Assembly (NCBI GenBank): GCA_007125175.1
Contig: SLDS01000008.1
Coordinates: 2,156 to 66,155, forward strand
Direction of reading: 5' to 3'
Source: Flavobacteriales bacterium
GTDB lineage: Bacteria > Bacteroidota > Bacteroidia > Flavobacteriales_D > Cryomorphaceae
Length of the DNA stretch: 64,000 bases
Positions 19,056-28,986 of this stretch are shown here, in pieces; position 1 is the first letter of the stretch, and each line of letters opens with the position of its first letter. The notes beneath the pieces are model-generated. The model was not told the DNA's origin and did not search any database. It was given only the letters and a program-made list of their open reading frames with translations. The position numbers and the translations under genes were made by a program.

Positions 19056-20357
19056 TCAGGATGCAAGCATCAGGACGGGATTCTCCATGTACTGCTTGAA
19101 AGTTTGCAGGAATGCGGATCCCACAGCTCCATCTACCACGCGGTGGTCGCAAGAGAGGGTAACTTTCATGGTGTGGCCTATTACGATTTGTCCATTCTTC
19201 ACCACGGGTTTTTCCACGATGGTTCCCACGGCCATGATGCAGGCGTCGGGTGGATTGATGATGGCTGTAAACTCTTCTATGCCAAACATCCCAAGGTTGG
19301 AAATCGTGAAGGTATTGCCCTCCCAATCGCTGGGTTGTAGCTTCTTGCTCCTCGCTTTTTCGGCATAGCTCTTTACCTCTTCATTGATTTCAAGCATGGA
19401 TTTGGCATCGGCAAAGCGCACCACAGGTACCAATAGACCTTCGTCTACAGCCACTGCCACGCCTATGTGCACGTGGTCATTGTAACGTATTTTGTCGCCA
19501 TGCCAGGCGGAGTTTACCTTTGGATGCTTGCGCAGCGCGGCGGCTGCGGCCTTGATCACCATGTCATTAAAGCTAATTTTTGAAGGATCTAGCGCGGCAT
19601 TGATCGACTTGCGTTGCTTCATGGCGTGATCCATGTCGATCTCCATGGTGAGGTAGAAGTGGGGCGCTGTAAACTTGCTTTCGGCCAGCCTTTTGGCAAT
19701 GGTTTTGCGCATTTGTGATACCGACTCCTCGCTGTAGCTCTCTTCGCCAGCAGCTACCGACCTCGTGGCACCGCTCTGCTTGGATGGGGTGTAGTTCTCG
19801 ATATCCCGCATTATGATGCGTCCACCGTCGCCGGTTCCCTTCACGGTTTTGAGGTCTATGCCTTTGTCCTCTGCCATTTTGCGGGCCAGTGGCGAAGCTT
19901 TGAGTCGGCCGTCTGTGGATGTGCTCTCCTCTTTTGATTCGCGCTTTTCAGATCCTGAGTCAGCTTTTTTCTCCTTCTTATCTTCCTTCTGCTCAGCGGT
20001 CTTCTCCTTTTTCTTTTCGTCAGATTCGGATTTGTCCTCCTCCTTATCCTTGCTGTCCTGAGCCTCTGTTTTGGCTGCGCCGTTCTTGCCTTCTTTGAGC
20101 AATTCCTCTATGTCTTCCCCTTTTTCACCGAGTATGGCGAGGATGCTGTCTACAGGGGCAGAATCTCCTTTTTCCACACCGATGTGCAGGAGCACACCAT
20201 CCTGGAATGATTCAAATTCCATGGTGGCCTTGTCTGTTTCTATCTCAGCCAGCACTTCTCCGGCGCTCACTTCATCACCCACTTTCTTATGCCATTCAGC
20301 GACCACCCCTTCTTCCATGGTGTCGCTGAGTTTGGGCATTCTTACTATTTCAGCCAT
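19056..20357 (-). CDS. pdhC: Pyruvate dehydrogenase complex E2, dihydrolipoyllysine-residue acetyltransferase
   Basis: Single lipoyl domain (EIETDKATMEFE). Peripheral subunit-binding domain (ASPLARKMAEDKGIDL). Catalytic domain with DHRVVDG. Confidence 0.9.
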   Translation of the reverse strand: MAEIVRMPKLSDTMEEGVVAEWHKKVGDEVSAGEVLAEIETDKATMEFESFQDGVLLHIGVEKGDSAPVDSILAILGEKGEDIEELLKEGKNGAAKTEAQDSKDKEEDKSESDEKKKEKTAEQKEDKKEKKADSGSEKRESKEESTSTDGRLKASPLARKMAEDKGIDLKTVKGTGDGGRIIMRDIENYTPSKQSGATRSVAAGEESYSEESVSQMRKTIAKRLAESKFTAPHFYLTMEIDMDHAMKQRKSINAALDPSKISFNDMVIKAAAAALRKHPKVNSAWHGDKIRYNDHVHIGVAVAVDEGLLVPVVRFADAKSMLEINEEVKSYAEKARSKKLQPSDWEGNTFTISNLGMFGIEEFTAIINPPDACIMAVGTIVEKPVVKNGQIVIGHTMKVTLSCDHRVVDGAVGSAFLQTFKQYMENPVLMLAS

Positions 20358-20364
20358 ATTGCAA

Positions 20365-21402
20365 TCAGTGTTTTATGTAAGGATAATCAGACTGTAGGTA
20401 CACGTCCTCATAGAGTTCATGTGCTTCGGGATCCGGTGATTCTTCGGCAAATTTCACACATTCTTCTACCTGTGCTTTGATTTTCTTGTCCATCTCTTTG
20501 AAGTCATCTTCACTCATCCACTTCTTTTCTTCGATGGTTTTTCGGGTCACCTGAATGGGATCCTGCTGTTTGTATTCTTCAACTTCTTCTTTGGTGCGGT
20601 ACTTTTGCGGGTCGCTCATGGAGTGCCCTTTGTAGCGGTAGGTGCGCATTTCGAGCAGGAAGGGCCCCTCGCCACTGCGGGCATGGGCTGCCGCTTTTTC
20701 AAAGCCATCGTGCACATCCTCACAGTTCATCCCGTTTACTCCGAGCGCTGGCATATCGTAGCTTTCGCCTATTCGGCTCAGGTCGTGCACATTGCTGGTT
20801 CTTTTTACGGAAGTACCCATGGCGTAATTGTTGTTTTCAATAACGAACACTACCGGAAGCTTCCATACCATGGCCATGTTAAAGGTCTCATGGAGAGAGC
20901 CCTGACGCACGGCTCCATCACCCATGAAGCAATAGGTCACGTGTTTTTCATCTCTGTACTTGTCAGCAAAAGCGATGCCCGCGCCGAGCGGAATCTGTCC
21001 GCCTACAATGCCGTGACCGCCAAATAAATGTCGCTCTTTGTCAAACATGTGCATTGATCCTCCCTTGCCTTTTGAAGTGCCGGTGCGCTTGCCATAGAGT
21101 TCGGCCATCACATACTTGGGGTCGGTGCCTAAAGCAAGGGGATGGCAGTGGTCTCTGTAGGCGGTGATTACCCTGTCTTCCTTGTCCATGGCCGATACCA
21201 TACCCGCAAGTACGGCTTCCTGACCGATGTAGAGATGGCAGAATCCGCCAAATTTTTGTTGAATGTAAAGCTGCCCGCACTTTTCCTCAAAGCGGCGCAT
21301 CAAAAGCATGCTTTCATACCAATGCAAATACGTTTCCTTTGAGAACTTCTCCTTTTTCTTGGAAGAATTTGATTTTGTGCTCTTTGCTGTCTTTGTTGCC
21401 AT
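20365..21402 (-). CDS. pdhA: Pyruvate dehydrogenase E1 component, alpha subunit
   Basis: ThDP-binding motif (FMGDGAVRQG...VIENNNYAMGT) and the conserved YRYKGHSMSDP loop. Adjacent to E2. Confidence 0.9.
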   Translation of the reverse strand: MATKTAKSTKSNSSKKKEKFSKETYLHWYESMLLMRRFEEKCGQLYIQQKFGGFCHLYIGQEAVLAGMVSAMDKEDRVITAYRDHCHPLALGTDPKYVMAELYGKRTGTSKGKGGSMHMFDKERHLFGGHGIVGGQIPLGAGIAFADKYRDEKHVTYCFMGDGAVRQGSLHETFNMAMVWKLPVVFVIENNNYAMGTSVKRTSNVHDLSRIGESYDMPALGVNGMNCEDVHDGFEKAAAHARSGEGPFLLEMRTYRYKGHSMSDPQKYRTKEEVEEYKQQDPIQVTRKTIEEKKWMSEDDFKEMDKKIKAQVEECVKFAEESPDPEAHELYEDVYLQSDYPYIKH

Positions 21403-21423
21403 GTCACCAATCTAAATGAGCGA

Positions 21424-21431
21424 CAAATATA
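21424..21431 (-). promoter_or_regulatory. Candidate -7 box (TATATTTG) for pdhA-E2
   Basis: Exact TAnnTTTG on the minus strand, 22 nt upstream of the pdhA ATG. Confidence 0.45.
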
Positions 21432-21471
21432 CGGAGCATATGTTAATCGCACACTTAGTTTGGCAAAAGCC

Positions 21472-21984
21472 TCAGCGGCCTTTGATCAGGCTTTCGCTGT
21501 AGAAGACAAGCGGTAAAAGGCTCTCGGCATTTTCTATGATGTAGATTCGGCCTGCCGTGGCCCCTGTAAGGATGCGAATGGGGTGCTCGAGAAGTCTCTC
21601 GTATTCCATGATGACTTGCCGACAGGCTCCGCAGGGCGTCACATGGCCGCTGAGGGCATTGTTTTCGAGCTCCAGGTCTTTTCGGTGGCGCGCAGCAATG
21701 GCCAATGTGTGTATGGGCACTCCCGGATATTGTGATGCTGCCGCAAAGATGGCAACACGCTCGGCGCATAGTCCACTCGGATAGGCAATGTTTTCTTGAT
21801 TGCTTCCGCGAACGATTTCGCCATTTTCCAGGGCCACTGCCGCTCCCACGTTGAATTCGCTATAAGGAGCATAGGCAGTTTCAAGGGCCTTCACGGCTTC
21901 CTCAAAAAGCTGACGATCTGCATCCTCCAATTCATTGATGGAGTCGGCGATGAGGTAGTCGATTTCGATCCGCTCTTTTTTCAT
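21472..21984 (-). CDS. cdd: Cytidine deaminase
   Basis: Zinc-ligand motifs CAERVAIF and PCGACRQV. Start placed at ATG 21984 (MKKERIEIDY), which avoids overlap with ispF. Confidence 0.9.
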   Translation of the reverse strand: MKKERIEIDYLIADSINELEDADRQLFEEAVKALETAYAPYSEFNVGAAVALENGEIVRGSNQENIAYPSGLCAERVAIFAAASQYPGVPIHTLAIAARHRKDLELENNALSGHVTPCGACRQVIMEYERLLEHPIRILTGATAGRIYIIENAESLLPLVFYSESLIKGR

Positions 21985-22012
21985 GATCGCTGCAAAGTAC
22001 GCAATCTCGTGT

Positions 22013-22495
22013 TTATTTGCCGATAAGGCAGACACAGTAAGCGCTCACGCCTTCCTCACGGCCCACGAATCCCAGTTTTTCAGTGGTGGTTGCCTTAATG
22101 GATATGATCCCCTCGGGGCAGTCGAGCAATTCGGCGATGCAGCGCTTCATCGCCGGTATATTTGGCTTGAGCTTTGGCCTTTGCAGGCAAATGGTACTGT
22201 CCAGATTTACTAGGCTATATCCCTGTTCTTTGATGAGGGCATAGGTTTTTTTCAGGAGAATCTTGCTGTCGATGCCTTTGTAGGCTGCGTCGGTATCAGG
22301 GAAGTGTGTGCCGATATCGCCCAGATCAGCTGCGCCCAGCAAGGCATCGCAAATCACGTGGAGGAGCACATCGGCATCGGAGTGCCCATAGGCTCCGCTG
22401 TGGTGGTCGATCTGTATGCCACCCAGCATGAAGGGGTGGCCTTCCTTGAGTTGGTGCACATCATAGCCGAATCCCACGCGCATGGAAGGCTGCAT
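22013..22495 (-). CDS. ispF: 2-C-methyl-D-erythritol 2,4-cyclodiphosphate synthase
   Basis: Motifs RVGFGYDVHQL, GHSDADVLLHVICDALLGA and ATTTEKLGFVGR. The true start may be the Met 4 codons downstream (22483). Confidence 0.95.
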   Translation of the reverse strand: MQPSMRVGFGYDVHQLKEGHPFMLGGIQIDHHSGAYGHSDADVLLHVICDALLGAADLGDIGTHFPDTDAAYKGIDSKILLKKTYALIKEQGYSLVNLDSTICLQRPKLKPNIPAMKRCIAELLDCPEGIISIKATTTEKLGFVGREEGVSAYCVCLIGK

Positions 22496-22507
22496 AGGCT
22501 AAGGGGC

Positions 22508-23794
22508 TTAATTGCTATCGAGAATGGTTGGTCCTGGCTGACCCTGCTCGGCAAAGTTTATGCTGAGGGTGAAGCGCAGGGTGTTTGCCAGTGGATTTCG
22601 CTGCTCGGTCGGGATGAGGTAGGACATGTCAAGCCCAAAAATATTGTAGCGGAAGCCGAAACCGGCGGTGAAGAACTGCCTGTTGCCCTTGGTGGGATGC
22701 TCGTAGAAGTAGCCAAAACGCACAGCAAATTGCTTGGCGTACCAGTACTCCACTCCGAAGCTGTGGTTGATCTCCCTAAGCTCTTCCTGAAGTACGCTTC
22801 CGGGCTCGATCTCAAGCCGTCCATCAGCATTGATGATTGGATCTCCGTTTTCATCGCGCATCGGGCGGCCCGCAGCATCTGTGAAAGATCCAAAGAGACC
22901 GGCGGCTACACCCACATTGGGATCGCGGCCGGCGAGGATAATGTCACGACGGTTTTGATCGTAAATCGGGGGAGAGGGCACCAGAAGTTTGTTGGCGTCG
23001 TAGATGAAGGTAAAAGAGTTGTACCTGTCCAGGTGCAAGGTGAGTGCCAGACCTGTGCGCAGGTTCATCGGCAGGAAGTCCCGCTGGGCGGTATTGGTGT
23101 AAGAAACCTTGTTACCAATATTGGAGATGACCGCTCCAAAGGCAAAGTCGGCATCCATATCGCCGATGGTAACATCGTTATTGTGGTAAAAGGTAGAAAG
23201 ATCGACTGCAAAAGCATTGGCTGCCCTGGAGTCGGCACCGCTCACATTCACACCGCCAGTGAGGTTGGAGTTGATCCATCGTGCTGTGAGACCTCCCGAC
23301 CATCTAGAAGAAAGTTGGAGGGAATAGCTCACATCCACGGCAAACTCAGCCGGGCGGAATGGACGTATCACCTGCCCGGTTTCGTCGGTGAAAATAATGT
23401 CGCCCAGGGTAAAATATCTGAGAGACCCACCCACCGCAGAGGTTTTGTTGAGTTTCTTGTATCCCGTGAGGTAGGCGAGGTTCATATCGTCTACCAGCTG
23501 ACGCAACCAAGGGCTGTAAGAGAAGGCAAAGGCCATTTCTTCCTCGGCAAAAGCGAGCTTGGAGGCGTTCCAGTGCTGGGCATTGGCGTCTGGAGAGAGC
23601 GCCACCCCGGCATCACCCATCGCTCCTGAGCGGGAGTCGGGCCCAATCATCAAAAAGGGTACAGCTGTCGTGATGGCCCTCAATTGGTCACAGTCACCGC
23701 CCGCTACTGCATTGGCGCAGTCGATCTGATTTTGTGCTAAAAGCACCATGGGTACTGAGAGTACCAGGCACAAAAGCACGATCAAATTTTTCAT
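22508..23794 (-). CDS. porV: Type IX secretion system outer-membrane shuttle/channel protein PorV (LptO)
   Basis: Signal peptide. The N-terminal block VPFLMIGPDSRSGAMGDAGVALSPDANAQHWNASKLAF is characteristic of PorV. The remainder has a beta-barrel alternating pattern and ends in an aromatic-rich strand. Lies directly downstream of porU. Confidence 0.85.
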   Translation of the reverse strand: MKNLIVLLCLVLSVPMVLLAQNQIDCANAVAGGDCDQLRAITTAVPFLMIGPDSRSGAMGDAGVALSPDANAQHWNASKLAFAEEEMAFAFSYSPWLRQLVDDMNLAYLTGYKKLNKTSAVGGSLRYFTLGDIIFTDETGQVIRPFRPAEFAVDVSYSLQLSSRWSGGLTARWINSNLTGGVNVSGADSRAANAFAVDLSTFYHNNDVTIGDMDADFAFGAVISNIGNKVSYTNTAQRDFLPMNLRTGLALTLHLDRYNSFTFIYDANKLLVPSPPIYDQNRRDIILAGRDPNVGVAAGLFGSFTDAAGRPMRDENGDPIINADGRLEIEPGSVLQEELREINHSFGVEYWYAKQFAVRFGYFYEHPTKGNRQFFTAGFGFRYNIFGLDMSYLIPTEQRNPLANTLRFTLSINFAEQGQPGPTILDSN

Positions 23795-23815
23795 TCTCTA
23801 TCGATTAAGGGATTG

Positions 23816-23823
23816 CAAATATA
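23816..23823 (-). promoter_or_regulatory. Candidate -7 box (TATATTTG) internal to the porU-porV pair
   Basis: Exact TAnnTTTG on the minus strand, 22 nt upstream of the porV ATG, in the 50-nt porU-porV spacer. Confidence 0.4.
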
Positions 23824-23844
23824 CACTTTATTTCGGGCCTAAGC

Positions 23845-26800
23845 TCAATTCAAAATTACGAGTTTTTCGTACTCTTCTACTTGATCTCCAGCAGGGTTGC
23901 GTACGGAAACCTTGTAAACATACACTCCTGTAGCAAGCCGGTCTCCAAAATCGTCCCGGCCATCCCAAGGGATAGGTTCATTACGAAAGCCATCTGTATT
24001 GGATACAGTCACGATGCTTTTTACCAATTTCCCGCTCACGGTGAAGATCTGAATCATCACATTGAGAAAGGCACAACTCTGATTGTGCTCGAAGTAAAAC
24101 TCTGTACGCGTGGTGAAAGGGTTTGGGTAGTTGAGCACCCTTTCGATCGCAAATTCTTCACTATCGGCGACGATAAATGCTGTTTTGGCCTCACTGGAGC
24201 GGTTGTGGACATTCCACACTTTCAGGCTGAGTTCGTGTTCACCCCTTTCAATTTCATCGAAGGGATACACGATGCGTCCACTCCGAAAAGTATTCAGGTC
24301 GGATTCGTAAAAATCATTGAGGATAAAAGTTTTGTTGGGGTCATTGTCCAGCACCGCAGTAATGTCGTGTCCTACACCTGTACCTACGGTGTTGATTCCA
24401 CTTTTGTCAAAAACGCGGGATATCAGGGTAGGGGTACTGTTGGTAAAGCCGCCAAAAACAAAGTTTTCGTCATTGAGAAAGAGCTCAATATCAGGTCCGG
24501 TACCATCATCCACTGCACTGGTATCGCGGTCACCGATTAGCAGGTCATTTTGGAAGCCCCTACCGTCTTCAGTTTCGCTGAAAGCGTATAGACTGATGCG
24601 GGCCGTGCTGTCCACAGAAAAGGATATGTCCTTGGGAATCACAAAATCGAAGGTGAAGCGGCCATTGATGACTTCGGCATTGCCCCGGTGTACTACATCT
24701 TCTTGCTGGCGGAATTCAAATGGATTGCCTCCATCATTGGCCAGGGTTACCACGTCTTTTTCGCGATCGAAGACTGTGGCATTGAGCAGGCCCTGAAAAT
24801 CGCCGAGCAAGTTGCCAGCGGCATTGGTCACCTCGCCGCTTACCCTCACCACTGCCAGTGCCTTGAGGGTGTCAACCTCATTGCCGAGGGTGTCGGTAAT
24901 GGCGGTGATATTCACGCGCTGACGAGGGATCGCCATGGGCAGTGCCGGATCGCCTATAAGGGAGAAGTTCCGGTGATTGGCAGAGGTGGCCGATAGGCTG
25001 GCATTTTTGGTATCCCTGCTCACATCGCCCAGCCGGGTCACAATTTCATTTTCAGGCCTTAGGAAGAGGGCGTCGTAAAAATTCTCGTTCAGGGCAAAAT
25101 TGGGGGCGGAGTAAACCAATCTCGTAGTGGTGAGCAGGGCAATACCTCCTCCATTGCCGTTGAGGAGTACGTATTCACCGGCCGATGTGCGCAGGGGGTC
25201 ATCAAATCGGGTAAATTCGCAGGTGGCCGTCATGAAGATGGGTAGGGCGTATTGATTGTCCCAGGCGAGTATGGTGGGCACATCGAGGATGCGCTCCTGG
25301 GCCCAGCCCACCACTCCTCCGTGACCGATGTAGTTGATGATGAAGCATCCATTGCGCACCCTGCGGTCGATGATGCGGTTCACATCGGGATATCGCGAGC
25401 CGCCGGGAGTGGCTATTTGCTGAAAAGCGTCTATAAAAATGCGCTCGAGGTTGAAGTCTTGCGTGTAACTATTGATTTGCGATGCAATGGTGTTGGAATT
25501 TCGCATGTGCGAGTTGCCATCCTCATCATCAGCTACCAATGATATGATATTGCGCCAGGGGCCGAAGCCTCCGCCCTGATCATCGCATATGCTGCAGCTT
25601 TGGCCTATGTTTCCTTCCACCTCCACATAGCGCCTTATCTTATTGACCACCGAGGTGGCCTCCTGAAGGCTCTTGACCGTGAGCCTCCCTATGCCAATAT
25701 CCATTACGTCGAGCTGGCTCTCGCCTTCATTATCACCCAAGAAGCCAAAGTAGTCATCACTTACATATGAGTTTACCGGGCTCAAAGAGTTGAGTGATTG
25801 GTAGGTTGGCACCAAATTGGTGTTGCCCGGGGTGGTGTTCCTATTGTCGAAAGAGCCATCACCAAAGAGCAATAAATAGCGCGGCATGGCTGCCTCATTG
25901 CCGCCTGCGCGATCGTATAGCATTTTCATCAGCCACTTGATGGCGGTAATATCGCGCATTCCCGACGAGAATTCATTGTATACCGCTTGCAGTCCCACCA
26001 CTTCCACCCTTAAGGGATCTGCTTCGTAATTGCGGTGAATATTGGCCAGATCTTCGGCCCTTGAAGCCAGCTGCGAGGGGCTCACGATGATCATGTCAAT
26101 CGGCTCCTCGGTGCCGAGGGCGTGGAGGTTTTGATTGCTCACACTTCCGTGAAAAACGGGGGTGAAAAATTGATTGCCTGTAAAAGCTATGAACTCCCGC
26201 AAGCCCTCGGTGGCCAAAGTAAAATGTGCCAAAGCGCCCTCGCGATTCAGGCTCACCCGCCTGGCCTGTGTAGGATCACTCACTTCCCATATCTCCTGCA
26301 CAGAGGCGGCATTGTCGAGTTCGAAGCGCGACACCCTGCCGGGTCCAATGGAGCGGCTGTCGCGAAAGTGCATTTGATTGCCCGACATGCGCATCAGGCG
26401 GCGGGTATTCACACTTATCCAGTCCAGCCATCCCGAGGCAGAGGGAGAGCCATTTTTATCGTATTGAATATTGATGTTGAGCGGCGGGGCATTGCCAATG
26501 GGAGCCTCTCCCGGAGATTCGCTTCCGAGGGTCACTTCCAGGCTGCGAATGTTCGCAAAGTTAGAAGCCACACCTGTGCCAACGTTGGGGATAGTTACCG
26601 CCGTACTTTGACCATTTACAGAGAGTGTGAATACAGCACCGCTTCCACTGGCCGTGCGCCTGGATACCACCCTGCATCTCACATTCGTTTCCGCATTTGA
26701 GAGGCGGTTGGGAAAATTGAATTGTGAGCCGCTGAAATTGTAAGTTGTTTGCACATCAAACTTTTCTCCAAACCATTGCCTTCCGCTCTTCAGCAAGTTT

Positions 26801-27756
26801 TCTCGGTCTACTTCATGAAAGGTATAGTCGTCAAAGGCCTCAACCAGATAATTGGAGCCGGCACTGCTTCCCTGCAAATTGCTCACCCGCGCAGGGGGTA
26901 GGCCCGTATTGATACCTATAAAGTAATAGGAGGTGTCGCTGTAATCGTGCTTATTGTGCTCGAAGCGCCCATTGCTCTCATCGTAGGCCCAGGTATGCGG
27001 GCCTTTGGCATAAAAGAGTATGAAATCGCCCTCATCAAAGGAAGCATCCTGCTCCCCATTGATAAAGATATTGTTTATCAGCAAATCATCAGGGCGCTCA
27101 ATAAAATTGAAAAACGGCAATTGACCGTAGCCATTGCCAAAGATGTTGATCTCTTGAGGGTTTAGATTGCTCACATTGATACCCATGCTCTGCAATAAGC
27201 TGCGATCTATTCGGTGAATGCCATCCTGCGTAACACCTATTTTATACCACTCACCATTGCTGAGCACGCTCTCACTGGCAAAGGAGCTTTTTGCGGCACC
27301 CGCTACCGCACGTTCAGTACGTATCACGATTCTTGCTTTATGCACGGCTTCGTAGCCCCTTCCACTCTCGATGATTGGGAAGTAGTGCACCAGAAGCACC
27401 GTCTTGCCGCGATCTTCCCCCTCCGCCCACTGGAAACTTTGTGCCGGCAGGCTGTCCAGATTTTGGATATACTGCCTGCCCTCCCGGCTCAGCGCGACGC
27501 TCTCATCGACAATAAGCTCAGCACTTCGAATCCGTTTGGCTTTTCCCACTTCGAATTTTCCAATGAACTGTGGTGCAAATTTGTACCCGAATTCGTGAAC
27601 GGCACCCTGGAAAGTGGGTATTTGAAGGGCTTCTTCCTCGTATTGGTAGCTCATAGCAGTGTCGCTCCACTGAAGTAGGATTTCAATCTCCAACTCCTCT
27701 TGGGCAAATAGCATGCTTGCTGAAAAAGAGATAAATAGGGCGATAAAACGCTTCAT
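23845..27756 (-). CDS. porU: Type IX secretion system sortase/C-terminal signal peptidase PorU (peptidase C25 family)
   Basis: About 1300 aa. Gingipain-like catalytic region YLLLFGDGSFDNRN, IINYIGHGG (His) and PIFMTATCEF (Cys). Own CTD-like C-terminus (YPNPFTTRTEFYF...GVYVYKVSV...KLVILN). Start moved to ATG 27756 (MKRFIALFISFSASMLFAQ signal peptide). Confidence 0.85.
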   Translation of the reverse strand: MKRFIALFISFSASMLFAQEELEIEILLQWSDTAMSYQYEEEALQIPTFQGAVHEFGYKFAPQFIGKFEVGKAKRIRSAELIVDESVALSREGRQYIQNLDSLPAQSFQWAEGEDRGKTVLLVHYFPIIESGRGYEAVHKARIVIRTERAVAGAAKSSFASESVLSNGEWYKIGVTQDGIHRIDRSLLQSMGINVSNLNPQEINIFGNGYGQLPFFNFIERPDDLLINNIFINGEQDASFDEGDFILFYAKGPHTWAYDESNGRFEHNKHDYSDTSYYFIGINTGLPPARVSNLQGSSAGSNYLVEAFDDYTFHEVDRENLLKSGRQWFGEKFDVQTTYNFSGSQFNFPNRLSNAETNVRCRVVSRRTASGSGAVFTLSVNGQSTAVTIPNVGTGVASNFANIRSLEVTLGSESPGEAPIGNAPPLNINIQYDKNGSPSASGWLDWISVNTRRLMRMSGNQMHFRDSRSIGPGRVSRFELDNAASVQEIWEVSDPTQARRVSLNREGALAHFTLATEGLREFIAFTGNQFFTPVFHGSVSNQNLHALGTEEPIDMIIVSPSQLASRAEDLANIHRNYEADPLRVEVVGLQAVYNEFSSGMRDITAIKWLMKMLYDRAGGNEAAMPRYLLLFGDGSFDNRNTTPGNTNLVPTYQSLNSLSPVNSYVSDDYFGFLGDNEGESQLDVMDIGIGRLTVKSLQEATSVVNKIRRYVEVEGNIGQSCSICDDQGGGFGPWRNIISLVADDEDGNSHMRNSNTIASQINSYTQDFNLERIFIDAFQQIATPGGSRYPDVNRIIDRRVRNGCFIINYIGHGGVVGWAQERILDVPTILAWDNQYALPIFMTATCEFTRFDDPLRTSAGEYVLLNGNGGGIALLTTTRLVYSAPNFALNENFYDALFLRPENEIVTRLGDVSRDTKNASLSATSANHRNFSLIGDPALPMAIPRQRVNITAITDTLGNEVDTLKALAVVRVSGEVTNAAGNLLGDFQGLLNATVFDREKDVVTLANDGGNPFEFRQQEDVVHRGNAEVINGRFTFDFVIPKDISFSVDSTARISLYAFSETEDGRGFQNDLLIGDRDTSAVDDGTGPDIELFLNDENFVFGGFTNSTPTLISRVFDKSGINTVGTGVGHDITAVLDNDPNKTFILNDFYESDLNTFRSGRIVYPFDEIERGEHELSLKVWNVHNRSSEAKTAFIVADSEEFAIERVLNYPNPFTTRTEFYFEHNQSCAFLNVMIQIFTVSGKLVKSIVTVSNTDGFRNEPIPWDGRDDFGDRLATGVYVYKVSVRNPAGDQVEEYEKLVILN

Positions 27757-27972
27757 CAAGGGCCTTCCTGAAAGTCCAAACAATCCAATTCCGTACGGTT
27801 TATTTATCAGAAAACGAGGCTCCCAATCAAATAAAGCTGTACTTTTAACCGTAAACATTGGCTAAACGACCACGCGAATTTAATATTGTGCCCAAAATTT
27901 AAGCGAAGAACCTTGTTTAAAAAAATTCGTATCATTGGGGTTTTAAAAAAAACAGCTTTTACCCCGGCGTAT

Positions 27973-28950
27973 ATGTTGAAGAAGCCTTACCGATTGGCGG
28001 CAGTCCTGTGCATGTTCTGCTTTTCTTTACTCATTGAAAGTGCTCAGGCTCAGGATCCTATCTTCAGTCAGTTCTATGCCAATCCCCTCTACCTTAACCC
28101 GGCTTTGGCAGGAACACAGAAGTGCCCCCGAGTGCACCTTAATTACCGAAATCAGTGGCCGGCCCTCGCCGGAAACTTCGTGACCACCAGTGCCTCCTAC
28201 GATCAATACGTGGAGGCGGTGAATGGCGGTTTGGGCTTTTATGTGCTCAATGACAATGCCGGTCGTGGACTTCTAAATTCATTCAGCGTGAATGCTATCT
28301 ACTCTTATCAGCTTACGCTGAGTGATAATGTGTCGATGGTAGCCGGTTTTCAAGCGAGTTATTTTCAGCGCTCCCTGGATTGGAGCCGCTTGAGCTTCGG
28401 TGATCAGATCGATCCCCGAAGAGGATTCATCTACACCAGCCAGGAGAGCCAAAGAGGAGGTTCAGTCGATAATGTAGACTTCTCAACCGGTGCCATGATC
28501 TTCAGTGAGAACTTTTATGGAGGCTTTGCCGTACACCACCTGTTTGAACCCAACGAATCACTCATTGTGGACGAAGCACCATTGGAAAGAAAGTATACGG
28601 TACACGCCGGAGCCAACATCCCCATCAATAAAGATGTGAGGGGAGAAACGGATGCATCCATTTCGCCCAATGTGTTGTACCAAAGGCATTTTGACTTTGA
28701 GCAGGTCAATGTCGGTCTCTACGCTCAAAAGGGCCCGCTTATATTAGGTACATGGTACCGCTTTGGTGACTCCTTCATTATCCTGCTTGGGGTAGATACA
28801 GAGAGATTCAAAGTGGGCTATAGCTATGACTTGACCACGAGCCAGTTGACTACACAGACAGCCGGCTCGCATGAAATATCTTTTGCCATGAATTTCAACT
28901 GTAAACCCACAAAGAAGAAATTCAGAGCAATAAACTGCCCTGCCTTTTAG
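27973..28950 (+). CDS. PorP/SprF-family type IX secretion system membrane protein
   Basis: Signal peptide, then the family signature DPIFSQFYANPLYLNPALAG. Beta-barrel-like body of about 325 aa. Start at ATG 27973 (MLKKPYRLAAVLC), not the track start. Confidence 0.8.
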   Translation: MLKKPYRLAAVLCMFCFSLLIESAQAQDPIFSQFYANPLYLNPALAGTQKCPRVHLNYRNQWPALAGNFVTTSASYDQYVEAVNGGLGFYVLNDNAGRGLLNSFSVNAIYSYQLTLSDNVSMVAGFQASYFQRSLDWSRLSFGDQIDPRRGFIYTSQESQRGGSVDNVDFSTGAMIFSENFYGGFAVHHLFEPNESLIVDEAPLERKYTVHAGANIPINKDVRGETDASISPNVLYQRHFDFEQVNVGLYAQKGPLILGTWYRFGDSFIILLGVDTERFKVGYSYDLTTSQLTTQTAGSHEISFAMNFNCKPTKKKFRAINCPAF

Positions 28951-28986
28951 TTATTCGGAAACCCTGCATCGAAAAAAGGAAACCCA

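Noticed and set aside
22304-23629. 441-aa ORF on the plus strand opposite porV
   Set aside because: It is fully antisense to a gene with clear PorV family motifs. Its translation has no recognisable motif and a biased Gly/Val/His/Glu composition, typical of shadow ORFs in GC-rich coding DNA.
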